Below, one piece after another: positions 1 to 8,317 of a stretch of 18,366 nt of DNA. Each line of letters opens with the position of its first letter. Position 1 is the stretch's first letter. A program made the translations under genes and the position numbers. The stretch lies in the IMG/VR virus record IMGVR_UViG_2695420646_000009; one strand, given 5' to 3'. Under the pieces are notes generated by a model, which was given only the letters and a program-made list of their open reading frames with translations, was not told the origin of the DNA and ran no database searches. This DNA is from a virus. Taxonomy: Duplodnaviria; Heunggongvirae; Uroviricota; Caudoviricetes.

Positions 1-177
1 CCCGGCTTTTTGTGCAGCCAGCGCCTGGCGGCTCAGGCCCTGTTCAACAGCACTGGCGGTTTTTCTGGCGTCAGTCTCCAGTCCGGAAAAATGACGCCTT
101 ACCCGGCTCATCTGCTCATCGAAACGGACCGCATCCAGACTCAGGTCAATAACAAGATCACCAACCGGCTGGGACAT
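1..177 (-). CDS. H: Tail tape measure protein (lambda gpH-like), N-terminal 59 codons only; gene continues beyond window start
   Basis: Reverse complement of 121..177 translates MSQPVGDLVIDLSLDAVRF, close to the lambda gpH N-terminus (MAEPVGDLVVDLSLDAARF). The reading frame is open to position 1. Position follows T as in lambda. Confidence 0.8.
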   Translation of the reverse strand, partial: MSQPVGDLVIDLSLDAVRFDEQMSRVRRHFSGLETDARKTASAVEQGLSRQALAAQKAG

Positions 178-622
178 ATCTCACACCTCCGGAAATCCCC
201 GCTGAAGCCATCATTAATGCGACATCATCCTCGCTGACATCCGCCACATCCGCAGACGATAAAATCTCACGCCCTCCGTCCCCACCAAACCGTACGCCTC
301 CGGCAAGTCCTGCCGCTTTCTGCATCAGCATTTTTTCCTCATCCGGCATCTCCGTCTGCGCTTCCTCACGCCGGGGGGCAAGCAGACTGAAATCAGAGGG
401 ATGCATATCCGGATCGCAAAAAAACAGGCTGAGTACGGCGTACGTCAGCCCGGAAAAATGCATATCCAGCTGGGTATCGTGAAAATAATGCGTACGGTAA
501 AAATGTCGCCAGTCGGCATATTCGGTGGATGTCATCCCGGCAAGCATGGCGCGCCAGTCAGGCCTCCCCATCTCACGCGCCAGTCTGAGGGCAAAATTCA
601 GCTCGCCGTCGAAGACTTTCCC
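158..622 (-). CDS. T: Tail assembly chaperone T portion (lambda gpT-like), expressed as a G-T fusion by -1 frameshift; no independent start expected
   Basis: The -1 frame relative to G is open from the slippery site at 616..622 down to the stop at 158. The ORF track's 137 aa ORF (158..571) lies in this frame. Position between G and H matches lambda. Confidence 0.75.
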   Translation of the reverse strand, partial: GKVFDGELNFALRLAREMGRPDWRAMLAGMTSTEYADWRHFYRTHYFHDTQLDMHFSGLTYAVLSLFFCDPDMHPSDFSLLAPRREEAQTEMPDEEKMLMQKAAGLAGGVRFGGDGGREILSSADVADVSEDDVALMMASAGISGGVRYVPAGW

Positions 623-1029
623 GCAGAAAAATCATCATCAGTCAGCGCGTTATTTTTCGCCACTTCGGTGCTGTCAGTATCCGCATGAACAGCCCCGCTC
701 ATCCCGGACAGACGCAACACCACATCTTCCGCCCGTGCAATGGCATCCGCAGGCCAGGTGGTGAGCACCTCCTGTTCGATCTGCATCACAGCCTCATTCA
801 TTGACGGTGATGCCGTTTTCTGCGGATGGTTATGCCACAGGGACATCGCCACCAGAAACGCGCCGGTTCTGACGAGATCTTCCACGCTTACCTGCAGGTT
901 GCCGCTGGATTCTGCCTGTTCTGCACGCCGTTTCAGGAGGGCAAGATGCTCAATACGCTGCAGCGCAGACAATTCGGAAAGCGTGACGGACACACCGTTA
1001 TATTCAAATTGTTCTGTTTTCAGAAACAT
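598..1029 (-). CDS. G: Tail assembly chaperone G (lambda gpG-like), 143 aa
   Basis: Translation MFLKTEQFEYNGVSVTLSELSALQRIEHLALLKRRAEQAES... closely matches lambda gpG (MFLKTESFEHNGVTVTLSELSALQRIEHLALMKRQAEQAES...). ATG at 1029; ends ...DDDFSAGKSSTAS. Confidence 0.9.
   Translation of the reverse strand: MFLKTEQFEYNGVSVTLSELSALQRIEHLALLKRRAEQAESSGNLQVSVEDLVRTGAFLVAMSLWHNHPQKTASPSMNEAVMQIEQEVLTTWPADAIARAEDVVLRLSGMSGAVHADTDSTEVAKNNALTDDDFSAGKSSTAS
616..622 (-). other. Programmed -1 ribosomal frameshift slippery heptamer G GGA AAG (G to G-T fusion)
   Basis: Plus-strand ctttccc at 616..622 is GGGAAAG on the minus strand, in frame as gcG GGA AAG near the 3' end of G. This is the same heptamer used by lambda G/T. 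Slipping -1 reads GKVFDGELNFALRLAREMGRPDW..., which continues into the T ORF. Confidence 0.8.
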
Positions 1030-1042
1030 GTATTACCTCCGT

Positions 1043-1795
1043 TTACCCTGCAGCGCCCGCTTCAGTAACGGTGACTTCAGCCACTGCGGCGAACTGACCA
1101 TTTCCGCTCACCACAGGGATCTGCACCTTACCTGTCGCCACGCCGTTTACCGTAATTGTCATATCTTTCACACTAATGGTGGCTTTCGACGGATCGGCGG
1201 AAACCGCTCTGAACGTCTTGTCGGTTGCACTTTCCGGCTCAAAAGAAACCGTCAGGGTGGTTGTTTTCCCTTTTGCCACCGTACCGGATGTCGGCGTCAC
1301 CTTAATCGCAGTGACCGGCGTAATTTTGCTGCGTTCTTCCGCTACAGAAGGTTTGCCCACGTTGGTCACTTTCACCGTGCGGGTGATCACTTCTTTCGCC
1401 GTCACGGCCTTACCGATACTGCTGACCCAGCCACGAAACACATCCACCGTGCCGTTCGGAAAACGGATTTTATAGGCCCGCACATCCCCGCTTTCAAACC
1501 AGCCTATAAGCCCTTTCTGACCTTCTTCTCCCGGTTTCCAGGCCAGCGTAAAACTGGTATCTCCTGCAGACTTCTGCCCCTGCCCGGTCGCGGTCCAGTC
1601 CGCGTCTTCATCATCCAGGTAGTTATCATCGTAGGGTTCTGCCGTCATCTCGCCCGGCGTCAGATCCTTCACCTTAGCCAGTCGCTGCCAGTCATCGTCT
1701 GACAACGGGTTTGCATAGGCGTCACCCTGACCGTTATAAACCCACAGGGTGGTACCGGCACCTTTTACCGGCTCAAGGGGATTTGGTGTTGACAT
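1043..1795 (-). CDS. V: Major tail tube protein V (lambda gpV-like) with C-terminal Ig-like domain, 250 aa
   Basis: [36 protein letters not shown]... matches lambda gpV ([36 protein letters not shown]...). The C-terminal ...[15 protein letters not shown] resembles the lambda Ig-like tail. Confidence 0.9.
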   Translation of the reverse strand: MSTPNPLEPVKGAGTTLWVYNGQGDAYANPLSDDDWQRLAKVKDLTPGEMTAEPYDDNYLDDEDADWTATGQGQKSAGDTSFTLAWKPGEEGQKGLIGWFESGDVRAYKIRFPNGTVDVFRGWVSSIGKAVTAKEVITRTVKVTNVGKPSVAEERSKITPVTAIKVTPTSGTVAKGKTTTLTVSFEPESATDKTFRAVSADPSKATISVKDMTITVNGVATGKVQIPVVSGNGQFAAVAEVTVTEAGAAG

Positions 1796-1802
1796 ATCGT
1801 CC

Positions 1803-2198
1803 TCACATCTCGTATGTAATGGAATAAGTCAGATCCGCAGAACTCCATAACGCCATATCGTCATCACGACGATACTCATAGCCCTGCGTAACCATCGTGG
1901 TAATCAGGTCTGCCAGTGCCGGGATCGCAGTCATCGCCGGATAAATCCGGCTTTCCATCCACGAATCCAGCTCCGAATCCGGTACCTGTGCTGGTAAAAA
2001 CACCTCAATATGCAGTGTGGCCCGCCAGGTATCTGCATCCAGCTCTTCACCGGTATACTCTGCATCCGTCAGATAAACCGCGACCGCGGGAAAATCCTCT
2101 TCGTCAAAAACAACGGGGCGACCATCAAACAGCGTCGCCCCGTGTTCATGCAGCTCCAGTGCATCCAGCACTGCAGCACGGATATCAGTATGTTTCAT
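1803..2198 (-). CDS. U: Tail terminator protein U (lambda gpU-like), 131 aa
   Basis: [54 protein letters not shown]... matches lambda gpU. Same length as lambda U (131 aa). Start overlaps the Z stop. Confidence 0.9.
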   Translation of the reverse strand: MKHTDIRAAVLDALELHEHGATLFDGRPVVFDEEDFPAVAVYLTDAEYTGEELDADTWRATLHIEVFLPAQVPDSELDSWMESRIYPAMTAIPALADLITTMVTQGYEYRRDDDMALWSSADLTYSITYEM

Positions 2199-2770
2199 CG
2201 CTTTATCACAATCCTTAGTTGTTGTTTCAACGCATAGCCCAGTTCTTTTGGCAGACGTTCTCGCCGGATACGGTTAACGTTCTCATCAAAAGCCTGCTTC
2301 AGTGGGGCCGCCATCGGAATTTTAACCACCTGAATGGGAAGACGATTACGCTTTTTCCTTCCTTTATCGTCATTGCCCTTCGCATACCGGGCTTCTGGCA
2401 AACGTTGCATAACATGCCAGCGCCCATTATTTAATCGCTGGATGAATGCCCGCTGATAACGATGCTGACCGGCTTTAAGTATGCTGTTCGGACGATGACC
2501 AAGCATCCTGATCCCCAGCTTAATAGCAGGGAGATCACCGCGGTTAACGATAATTCTGGCATTCGGATTTCTGACCGTCGCCCGTTTCAGTCTGGACCGT
2601 TCCTTTACCAGTTTCCGGCTCACCCTGGTCTCCCGGGCAACCTGTGATGAAGACTGATTAATCGCCGTTGTAGCCACGCGGTTAATAGCCATTGCTGAAG
2701 CCGACGGAATGGCGTTTTTACGAACCCGGCTCAGATTTTCAATCGCCTGATCAAGCCCTTTTATCGCCAT
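2195..2770 (-). CDS. Z: Tail completion protein Z (lambda gpZ-like), 191 aa
   Basis: MAIKGLDQAIENLSRVRKNAIPSASAMAINRVATTAINQSSSQVARETRVSRKLVKERSRLKRATV... and C-terminal ...[24 protein letters not shown] match lambda gpZ. Confidence 0.9.
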   Translation of the reverse strand: MAIKGLDQAIENLSRVRKNAIPSASAMAINRVATTAINQSSSQVARETRVSRKLVKERSRLKRATVRNPNARIIVNRGDLPAIKLGIRMLGHRPNSILKAGQHRYQRAFIQRLNNGRWHVMQRLPEARYAKGNDDKGRKKRNRLPIQVVKIPMAAPLKQAFDENVNRIRRERLPKELGYALKQQLRIVIKR

Positions 2771-2784
2771 AATTCACCCTGCGT

Positions 2785-3138
2785 TTATCGTCGCCGGTTA
2801 ACTGCGGGTGGTTGCCCACGGTTCAGCCAGAGATAACAACTGCCCCCGTCATCCGGAGAAACACGATCCACCCAGAACATCTCACCATTAATGGTCAACG
2901 TGTCACCACGCCGCACGGCACGAACCGTATCCGTCCGCACAAATAATGACGGGCTGCTTCCTTCAATACGGATCCCACTACTGGCAAACCCCAGCGACTC
3001 CGGATCGTCAAAAACCCCCTGAACTTCGCCGCCACGCTGTGCACCGGAGGTGAACTGCGCACTGATGCCCATCACTTCAACAATCGTACTGTCCACCCCG
3101 GCAAGGGCGGCATCAAAGGCATTCTGAAAATCACGCAT
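2785..3138 (-). CDS. FII: Head-tail joining protein FII (lambda gpFII-like), about 117 aa
   Basis: From the internal ATG at 3138: MRDFQNAFDAALAGVDSTIVEVMGISAQFTSGAQRGGEVQGVFDDPESLGFASSGIRIEGSSPSLFVRTD...VDRVSPDDGGSCYLWLNRGQPPAVNRRR, matching lambda gpFII. The track start at 3174 adds 12 residues with no lambda counterpart. The ATG overlaps the FI stop as ATGCGTGA. Confidence 0.85.
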   Translation of the reverse strand: MRDFQNAFDAALAGVDSTIVEVMGISAQFTSGAQRGGEVQGVFDDPESLGFASSGIRIEGSSPSLFVRTDTVRAVRRGDTLTINGEMFWVDRVSPDDGGSCYLWLNRGQPPAVNRRR

Positions 3139-3505
3139 AAACAGCCATTCCACCATCAACGTGTGTTTTTGCATCTGAGGACATAATCAGAATCACCCGA
3201 CCAACATCCGCAAGCTCAACGGATTCCCCCGTTTCACCATCAACGCCACAGAGATGGAGGCAGGTCAGAACTCTGATGCGCGTTAACGCGCCGGATGTTT
3301 CCTCACGAACATCATGAGCCGCGTTTTCCCTCTCCCGGATATCCATATTCATAACCTGTACATCATCGCCGGATGACTGCATTTCCTCTTCCCATTCTGC
3401 CACCCGCTGCGCTATCTCTGCGGCACTCCCGGATATATCCGGCTCACGCCCCAGAATCAGGGCCAGTTCATCAAGCCGTTTCAGATTTTGCTCTTTCGTT
3501 GCCAT
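3131..3505 (-). CDS. FI: DNA packaging / head assembly protein FI (lambda gpFI-like), about 125 aa
   Basis: The C-terminal half (...AAHDVREETSGALTRIRVLTCLHLCGVDGETGESVELADVGRVILIMSSDAKTHVDGGMAVYA) matches lambda gpFI. Preferred start is the ATG at 3505 (MATKEQNLKRL...), preceded by GGGGGA; the track's longer 3553 start is less likely. Confidence 0.8.
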   Translation of the reverse strand: MATKEQNLKRLDELALILGREPDISGSAAEIAQRVAEWEEEMQSSGDDVQVMNMDIRERENAAHDVREETSGALTRIRVLTCLHLCGVDGETGESVELADVGRVILIMSSDAKTHVDGGMAVYA

Positions 3506-3556
3506 ATCATCCCCCTGTGAAAAAAGACACGGGGGCATTTCGCCCCCGCTCACGGA

Positions 3557-4585
3557 TTATTTCACCTGTACCACCACAAACTCATCCGGGTCCGGCAACA
3601 CCATCAGCGGCGCGGACTGCGTCATGGTAAATTCACGGGCGGGATCCCCTACCGTCAGCCAGTGTTTCGGATAACGGGAAGAGGCCACCACACCTTCGGA
3701 CAACGCCTGCGCATCCTGAATGGCACCATAGCAACGAATGCCCTCTGCTGCCGTATTCCCCAGGACCAGCGAGCCCTCAGGCAGATAACGTTTTTCGGTA
3801 CCGTCCTCTGCCACATAAGACGTTTTTGCCACCACAATGGCCAGATCGCCGTAATACCCTTTGAAGGACACCACCGCGCCCAGGTCTTTCACCGCTGTTT
3901 CGAGTTGCGAATTAGAGCCGCGACGGGTATCCAGTTTTTCGCGGAACAATTTAAAGCCATTCAGCAGACGCCAGACGGTACCGTCCATAATGGCAATATT
4001 CACAAGACCGCTGGCCTGGTCGCAGTAGAGGTCAAGATCATGTGTAGGATCGAACGTGTCACGATCCTGTTTTGACCACTCCTTACCACTACCCTGAGTG
4101 ATGTTATTCTTCGTCGACCTGCCAAAATCGACCTCAATTTTCTCGAACTGGTCTCCTTCCATCGTGTATTTGCCATACAGCACGGCATTCACCGCCTGCA
4201 TTTCTTCCACCTGGACAATGGCGTGCTCTTCCTGTTTGAGGTTATCAGTGATGATACGCAGACGACGGTAGGCCGGGTCGTTCAGCTGAGCCGGATCTTC
4301 ACCGGGAAGACGCTCAACCGCCTGCTGGTAATTAAATTCGTGTTTCGGCTTGACGTAGCCCGGACGTAACACGCGGGTTTCACCACCACGATGACGCAGC
4401 ACTTTTCCTTCAACAACCGGGGAAACATAGGCCGCCACCGGCGTTTTTCCGGTAATTTTGTCCAGCATCACCTCTTCGGTATGGAAATTCACCGTACGGC
4501 GGAAAAACAGCTCCAGAAACAGCGCACGAAATTTCACTTTTTGTTCGGTATAACCGAGTAACTGGCGGGTCGTAAACAATCCCAT
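3557..4585 (-). CDS. E: Major capsid protein E (lambda gpE-like), 342 aa
   Basis: Matches lambda gpE along the whole length, for example ...RGGETRVLRPGYVKPKHEFNYQQ..., ...EEMQAVNAVLYGKYTMEGDQFE..., ...KLDTRRGSNSQLETAVKDLG... and ...YPKHWLTVGDPAREFTMTQSAPLMVLPDPDEFVVVQVK. Confidence 0.95.
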   Translation of the reverse strand: MGLFTTRQLLGYTEQKVKFRALFLELFFRRTVNFHTEEVMLDKITGKTPVAAYVSPVVEGKVLRHRGGETRVLRPGYVKPKHEFNYQQAVERLPGEDPAQLNDPAYRRLRIITDNLKQEEHAIVQVEEMQAVNAVLYGKYTMEGDQFEKIEVDFGRSTKNNITQGSGKEWSKQDRDTFDPTHDLDLYCDQASGLVNIAIMDGTVWRLLNGFKLFREKLDTRRGSNSQLETAVKDLGAVVSFKGYYGDLAIVVAKTSYVAEDGTEKRYLPEGSLVLGNTAAEGIRCYGAIQDAQALSEGVVASSRYPKHWLTVGDPAREFTMTQSAPLMVLPDPDEFVVVQVK

Positions 4586-4642
4586 AAATCAGTTCCTTTC
4601 ATTCAGAAATCAGTCAGGCCACCGCGGTGGCCTGATAACGTG

Positions 4643-4990
4643 TTACGGCAGCGCCGCGTGACTCAGGGCACTGCCGGCAAAGGCGTTGGCCTTTTTGTGT
4701 TCATCCACACTTTCAGGCCAGCGGATTGCCTCCGTCGCAAAGGTCCCCGACTTGTAATAGGTCAGCGCCGTCTCTGTGCCTTCAAGCGGCAGTACCAGTA
4801 TGCCAACCGCACTACCGGCTTTTTGTCCGTCCCAGACCACCAGTTTCCCGGTGGCCTCATCCAGCATCAGGGGCGTCAGTGCCGGTGTTGCCGAGGAAAT
4901 CCCGCTGCTGCCTGTGGCGGTATGAGCCGGATCATTACCGGCAAAAATACGTACTTCCGCACGCTGTTCAGTGATAGTTTTCGTCACCAT
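4643..4990 (-). CDS. D: Head decoration protein D (lambda gpD-like), 115 aa
   Basis: ...NDPAHTATGSSGISSATPALTPLMLDEATGKLVVWDGQKAGSAVGILVLP...YYKSGTFATEAIRWPE... matches lambda gpD (...[37 protein letters not shown]...FYKSGTF...). Lies between C and E as in lambda. Confidence 0.9.
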   Translation of the reverse strand: MVTKTITEQRAEVRIFAGNDPAHTATGSSGISSATPALTPLMLDEATGKLVVWDGQKAGSAVGILVLPLEGTETALTYYKSGTFATEAIRWPESVDEHKKANAFAGSALSHAALP

Positions 4991-5026
4991 ATTGTAAAAA
5001 CCTCCTGTTGATGGTCAGCATTGGCT

Positions 5027-6532
5027 TCATGGCATGGCCATGAGCATTTTCACGTCCGCATCACCGTCTGCTGACGTCTGTGGCACGCCACCCTGTACCG
5101 CTGCCGGTGAATGGTTCGCCATGATGCGTTCAAACATGGCGGTTGTGGATGCAGAGACCGGTTCTGCCTTACCTGATCCCGCAGCCAGCACAGCCCGGGC
5201 GCTCTCCACAGTCATTCCCGGGCAGGCAGCCAGCTGTTCAGCCTGCGCCTCAGCCCCTTTTGCCTCATCCAGTGCCATGATCTGATCACGGAGTGAGGGT
5301 CCGGCATCCGCCTGCGGTGAAGCAGCCAGGATCGGGCGGGCTTTTTCCACCGTCATCTCCGGCATCGCCGCCAGCGTTGCCGCCAGTTGTTCACGACCTT
5401 TCGCTTCTTCACACGCCATAATGCGATCGGCTTCACTCTGCGCGGATGCCACCGGCTGCTGTGGTGCCGCCGCGGCCAGAATCGCCCGGGCCTGTTCAAC
5501 GCTCATGCCCTGTTGTCCTGCCAGCATCGTGGCAAGCTGTTCACGTCCTTTCGCTTCCTGGCATGTCAGGATCCCCATCACTCGCTGGTTCTCCTGCGCG
5601 GCGGCTTCCGTTGCAGTTAATTGCGGCATAGTGCCTCCTCTGACATTACTGTTCAGCGCCGTGGCCATCACACTGATGGCATCCGACGCATTGATTAATT
5701 CATCCGCCAGCCCGGCCTCAATGCCGGACTGACCTTCAAAAACGGCGGCCTCTGTTCCCGTGACAGCATCAACAGACAGACCGGTATACATCGCCACTTT
5801 TTCAGCAAACATCCGGCGCGCCGCATCAATGCGCTGTTGCATGTCCTGGCGAACCTCTGCCGGCAACGCTTCAAACTGATTGCCATCCACCTTGTGCGCC
5901 CCTGAGTAAATCAGCGTGATATCAACACCGGCCTGCGCCAGATGACCGGCATAGCTGACATGGCTCATCATCACGCCAATGGAGCCGATACGGGATGTCT
6001 GGGTAACCAGCCGTCGGGAGCAGGCCGACGCCAGCAGCATGGCTGCAGAGCAGGCCGTGTCATTGCACAGTGCCCAGACCGGCTTCTGCTGACGGAGGCG
6101 GTAAATCATGTCAGCGCAGTCAAACGCGCCGGCGGCCTGCCCGCCCGGACTGTCAATGTCCAGCAGTACGCCCCGCACCTGGCTATCCGCCATTGCCTGC
6201 TGAAGACAGGCGACAATGCCGTCATAGCCTGTCATTCCGGAAAATGGCCGCATACCCCCCAGCCGGTGCACCAGCGTGCCGGTCACCGGCAGTACAGCAA
6301 TACCGTTCACCACCCGGTAAACACGGGCCGGTCGTTTACCTCCGGCCATGTACTCGTCCGTTTCAGCCAGCATTCCGGGAGCATCAAACTGTACCTGCTG
6401 TTGTGGTACCGAAAGACTTGATGCCCCCATCTCGCGCCCGAGCGCGCAAAAGAAAACCCGCGCATAGGCGGGCTCCAGAAGCAGCGGTTCATTGAATGCT
6501 GCGGCAATAATGTGTGAAAGATTACGTCTCAC
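5027..6532 (-). CDS. C: Head maturation protease C (S49/ClpP-like) with in-frame C-terminal scaffold (Nu3-equivalent) region, 501 aa
   Basis: The N-terminal two thirds match lambda gpC (AAFNEPLLLEPAYARVFFCAL..., ...NGIAVLPVTGTLV..., ...FSGMTGYDGI..., ...PGGQAAGAFDCAD..., ...RRLVTQTSRIGSIGVMM..., ...ITLIYSGAHKVDGN...). The C-terminal third has three tandem copies of the scaffold motif that is single-copy in lambda. Apparent start is GTG at 6532, overlapping the B stop. Confidence 0.9.
   Translation of the reverse strand: MRRNLSHIIAAAFNEPLLLEPAYARVFFCALGREMGASSLSVPQQQVQFDAPGMLAETDEYMAGGKRPARVYRVVNGIAVLPVTGTLVHRLGGMRPFSGMTGYDGIVACLQQAMADSQVRGVLLDIDSPGGQAAGAFDCADMIYRLRQQKPVWALCNDTACSAAMLLASACSRRLVTQTSRIGSIGVMMSHVSYAGHLAQAGVDITLIYSGAHKVDGNQFEALPAEVRQDMQQRIDAARRMFAEKVAMYTGLSVDAVTGTEAAVFEGQSGIEAGLADELINASDAISVMATALNSNVRGGTMPQLTATEAAAQENQRVMGILTCQEAKGREQLATMLAGQQGMSVEQARAILAAAAPQQPVASAQSEADRIMACEEAKGREQLAATLAAMPEMTVEKARPILAASPQADAGPSLRDQIMALDEAKGAEAQAEQLAACPGMTVESARAVLAAGSGKAEPVSASTTAMFERIMANHSPAAVQGGVPQTSADGDADVKMLMAMP
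5174..5584 (-). repeat. Three in-frame tandem repeats of about 40 codons in the scaffold (Nu3-like) part of gene C
   Basis: Protein copies: RVMGILTCQEAKGREQLATMLAGQQGMSVEQARAILAAAAPQ, DRIMACEEAKGREQLAATLAAMPEMTVEKARPILAASPQ and RDQIMALDEAKGAEAQAEQLAACPGMTVESARAVLAAGSG. The DNA shows the matching repeated blocks, for example ttgttcacgacctttcgcttcttcacacgccat and ctgttcacgtcctttcgcttcctggcatgtcagg. Lambda has one copy (MGILNCEEAHGREEQARVLAETPGMTVKTARRILAAAPQ). Confidence 0.75.
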
Positions 6533-8114
6533 GTGGTGTTGTCTCCTCTTCCGGCCTGCGACTCTCCGCTATCTGCTGCTCATACGCCTGCGCTATCCAC
6601 ACCGGACGTGAGAGTCCGGCTTTTTGTCGCTCAGCAGATTCCCTGACCTGCTGGCGGAAAATGTCCTGATAATCCTCGCCCATCAGCGCCAGCTCTTTCT
6701 CATACGTGCTCAGTCCGGCCTCAATGCGCATCACTGATTCCTGGACTTCCTTGAGCCCGTCAATGGCCATTCTTCCGGCTCCAATCCACTCAGCCCGTGA
6801 CCAGGCTGATCGCGCCTGATAAAAATCAAAACGCGCCCGTGGCGGACGAATAATCCCCCGAAGAAGTGCCTCTTCCAGCCAGCAGGAAAACATCTGCGTG
6901 GCCAGCCGGGACGCAATAAATTTTCGTCGTCCCATAAAATAGCGCCACGACTCATTGGCGGAGGCGCGGGCACTTGAATAACTGACCTTCGAGTAATCCC
7001 GGGACAACTGTTCGTAGGAAACGCCAAGACCGGCGGCGATATACCGCAGCAGCGCCTGTTCAAGCGCCGAAAATCCATTGTCTGAATCCTGCGCAGTCTG
7101 CAGTTTCAGATCATCACCGGGGAAAAGGTGCGGAATTTTGACACCGCCCAGTGTCACGTTATTCGTGTCATACCAGCTGGAGAACTTCTCCAGAATATTA
7201 ATAAGCGGATTATCCTTCTGCTCCTGTGGCGCGCCGGCGATATATTCAAAGGCCTTTTCGGTATCAAGTTCACTTTCAATCGTCGCTGCATACATCGCCT
7301 TCACTATGGCCGACTGAAGCTGTGTTGCCTGCAGGGAATCGAGCATCTTCAGCCGTTCCATGACGCTGTAAAACTGATTAGCCCCACGGGTCTGCCCGTC
7401 CTCCACCGGCTCGAAAATATGCAGCATGGCCGGACGCCCGGTGGGAAGTTCACGCGGGATCCGTTCCCATCGTCCACTACCAGAGAACGGAAAATCATCC
7501 TCACAGATATGGTACGCGACGGCACGGCCATATCGATCGACCTCCACACCGGCCCGCAGAAAACGGTTCCCCATACCGTGTCCAGGCGTGTCCACCCGTT
7601 TCGGACTCACGGCTTTAAAACGCGTACGGAATAACTGCGTGGTTTCCGTATCCCAAACCGGCTGCACAAAGATTTCGCCGTTAAACGCATGAACGCCCAC
7701 ACCTTCACGGATAAATTCCGTGAACGTGCGTTTTCCTTCCACGTCGATCTCGCCAGACATCCCTTCGGCGTATTCCGACCAGGCCGCCTCCACCTCATCG
7801 ACAAAGCTTTTTGCTGCGGTCTCCCGCATCCCCAGCCAGCGCCAGTTCGGACGGTAGCTGATCAGAAACATATGCCCGACAATGTGATCCTTATGCAGAG
7901 CCACCGCATTAGCCGCTATTCCGTTATTGCGCACCAGATCATCTGCCCGGGCATTCCCCAGACGCAACGCGGGCAGCAGGGCCGCATCGGCACTCTGCGC
8001 CGGTGGCAACCACTCAGCCATTTGCCCGCCAAATCCTGCACCGCCCCCGTTGTAGCTGAGACTCTCACGAAGCGGAACGCCGTTCACATCAATCAGGACA
8101 GGCGTTCGTTTCAT
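6522..8114 (-). CDS. B: Portal protein B (lambda gpB-like), 530 aa
   Basis: Extended matches to lambda gpB: ...ADAALLP...GNARADDLVRNNG..., ...FEPVEDGQTRGANQFYSVMERLKMLDSLQATQLQSAIVKAMYAATIESELDT..., ...LLRYIAAGLGVSYEQLSR...ARASANESW.YFMGRRKF... and ...GRMAIDGLKEVQE.VM.IEAGLSTYEKE.... The ATG at 8114 overlaps the W stop as ATGA. Confidence 0.95.
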   Translation of the reverse strand: MKRTPVLIDVNGVPLRESLSYNGGGAGFGGQMAEWLPPAQSADAALLPALRLGNARADDLVRNNGIAANAVALHKDHIVGHMFLISYRPNWRWLGMRETAAKSFVDEVEAAWSEYAEGMSGEIDVEGKRTFTEFIREGVGVHAFNGEIFVQPVWDTETTQLFRTRFKAVSPKRVDTPGHGMGNRFLRAGVEVDRYGRAVAYHICEDDFPFSGSGRWERIPRELPTGRPAMLHIFEPVEDGQTRGANQFYSVMERLKMLDSLQATQLQSAIVKAMYAATIESELDTEKAFEYIAGAPQEQKDNPLINILEKFSSWYDTNNVTLGGVKIPHLFPGDDLKLQTAQDSDNGFSALEQALLRYIAAGLGVSYEQLSRDYSKVSYSSARASANESWRYFMGRRKFIASRLATQMFSCWLEEALLRGIIRPPRARFDFYQARSAWSRAEWIGAGRMAIDGLKEVQESVMRIEAGLSTYEKELALMGEDYQDIFRQQVRESAERQKAGLSRPVWIAQAYEQQIAESRRPEEETTPRET

Positions 8115-8317
8115 AACCTCACTCCCAGCGGACGACGGCGACGCCGGGTTGTCCCCAGTACCGACTCCGCATCATTGATCGCCCGGTTAAGCTCATCCAG
8201 AGAAGCCGCCGTATATTCAATTCTGCGACCATCTTTCTGGACAGACACCACCCGTTTACCGGTTAATAAATCAAGGCGCGCCTGACGCAGCGCCTGCAGT
8301 TCAGCGACTGTAACCAT
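8111..8317 (-). CDS. W: Head-tail joining protein W (lambda gpW-like), 68 aa
   Basis: MVTVAELQALRQARLDLLTGKRVVSVQKDGRRIEYTAASLDELNRAINDAESVLGTTRRRRRPLGVRL resembles lambda gpW (...[55 protein letters not shown]) and has the same length. SD GGAGGA lies upstream. Confidence 0.85.
   Translation of the reverse strand: MVTVAELQALRQARLDLLTGKRVVSVQKDGRRIEYTAASLDELNRAINDAESVLGTTRRRRRPLGVRL

Noticed and set aside
10-237. 75 aa plus-strand ORF at the window start
   Set aside because: It overlaps the minus-strand start of the tape measure gene H and the end of T, both supported by lambda similarity.
740-1702. 320 aa plus-strand ORF, and similar plus-strand ORFs at 401..688, 826..1068, 1176..1475, 3662..4075, 5942..6421, 6070..6495, 7128..7634, 7689..8285, 8357..8731 and 9105..9779
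   Set aside because: They lie antisense to minus-strand genes with strong full-length similarity to lambda structural proteins. They have odd Cys/Arg/His-rich compositions and no recognisable similarity, so they are shadow ORFs.
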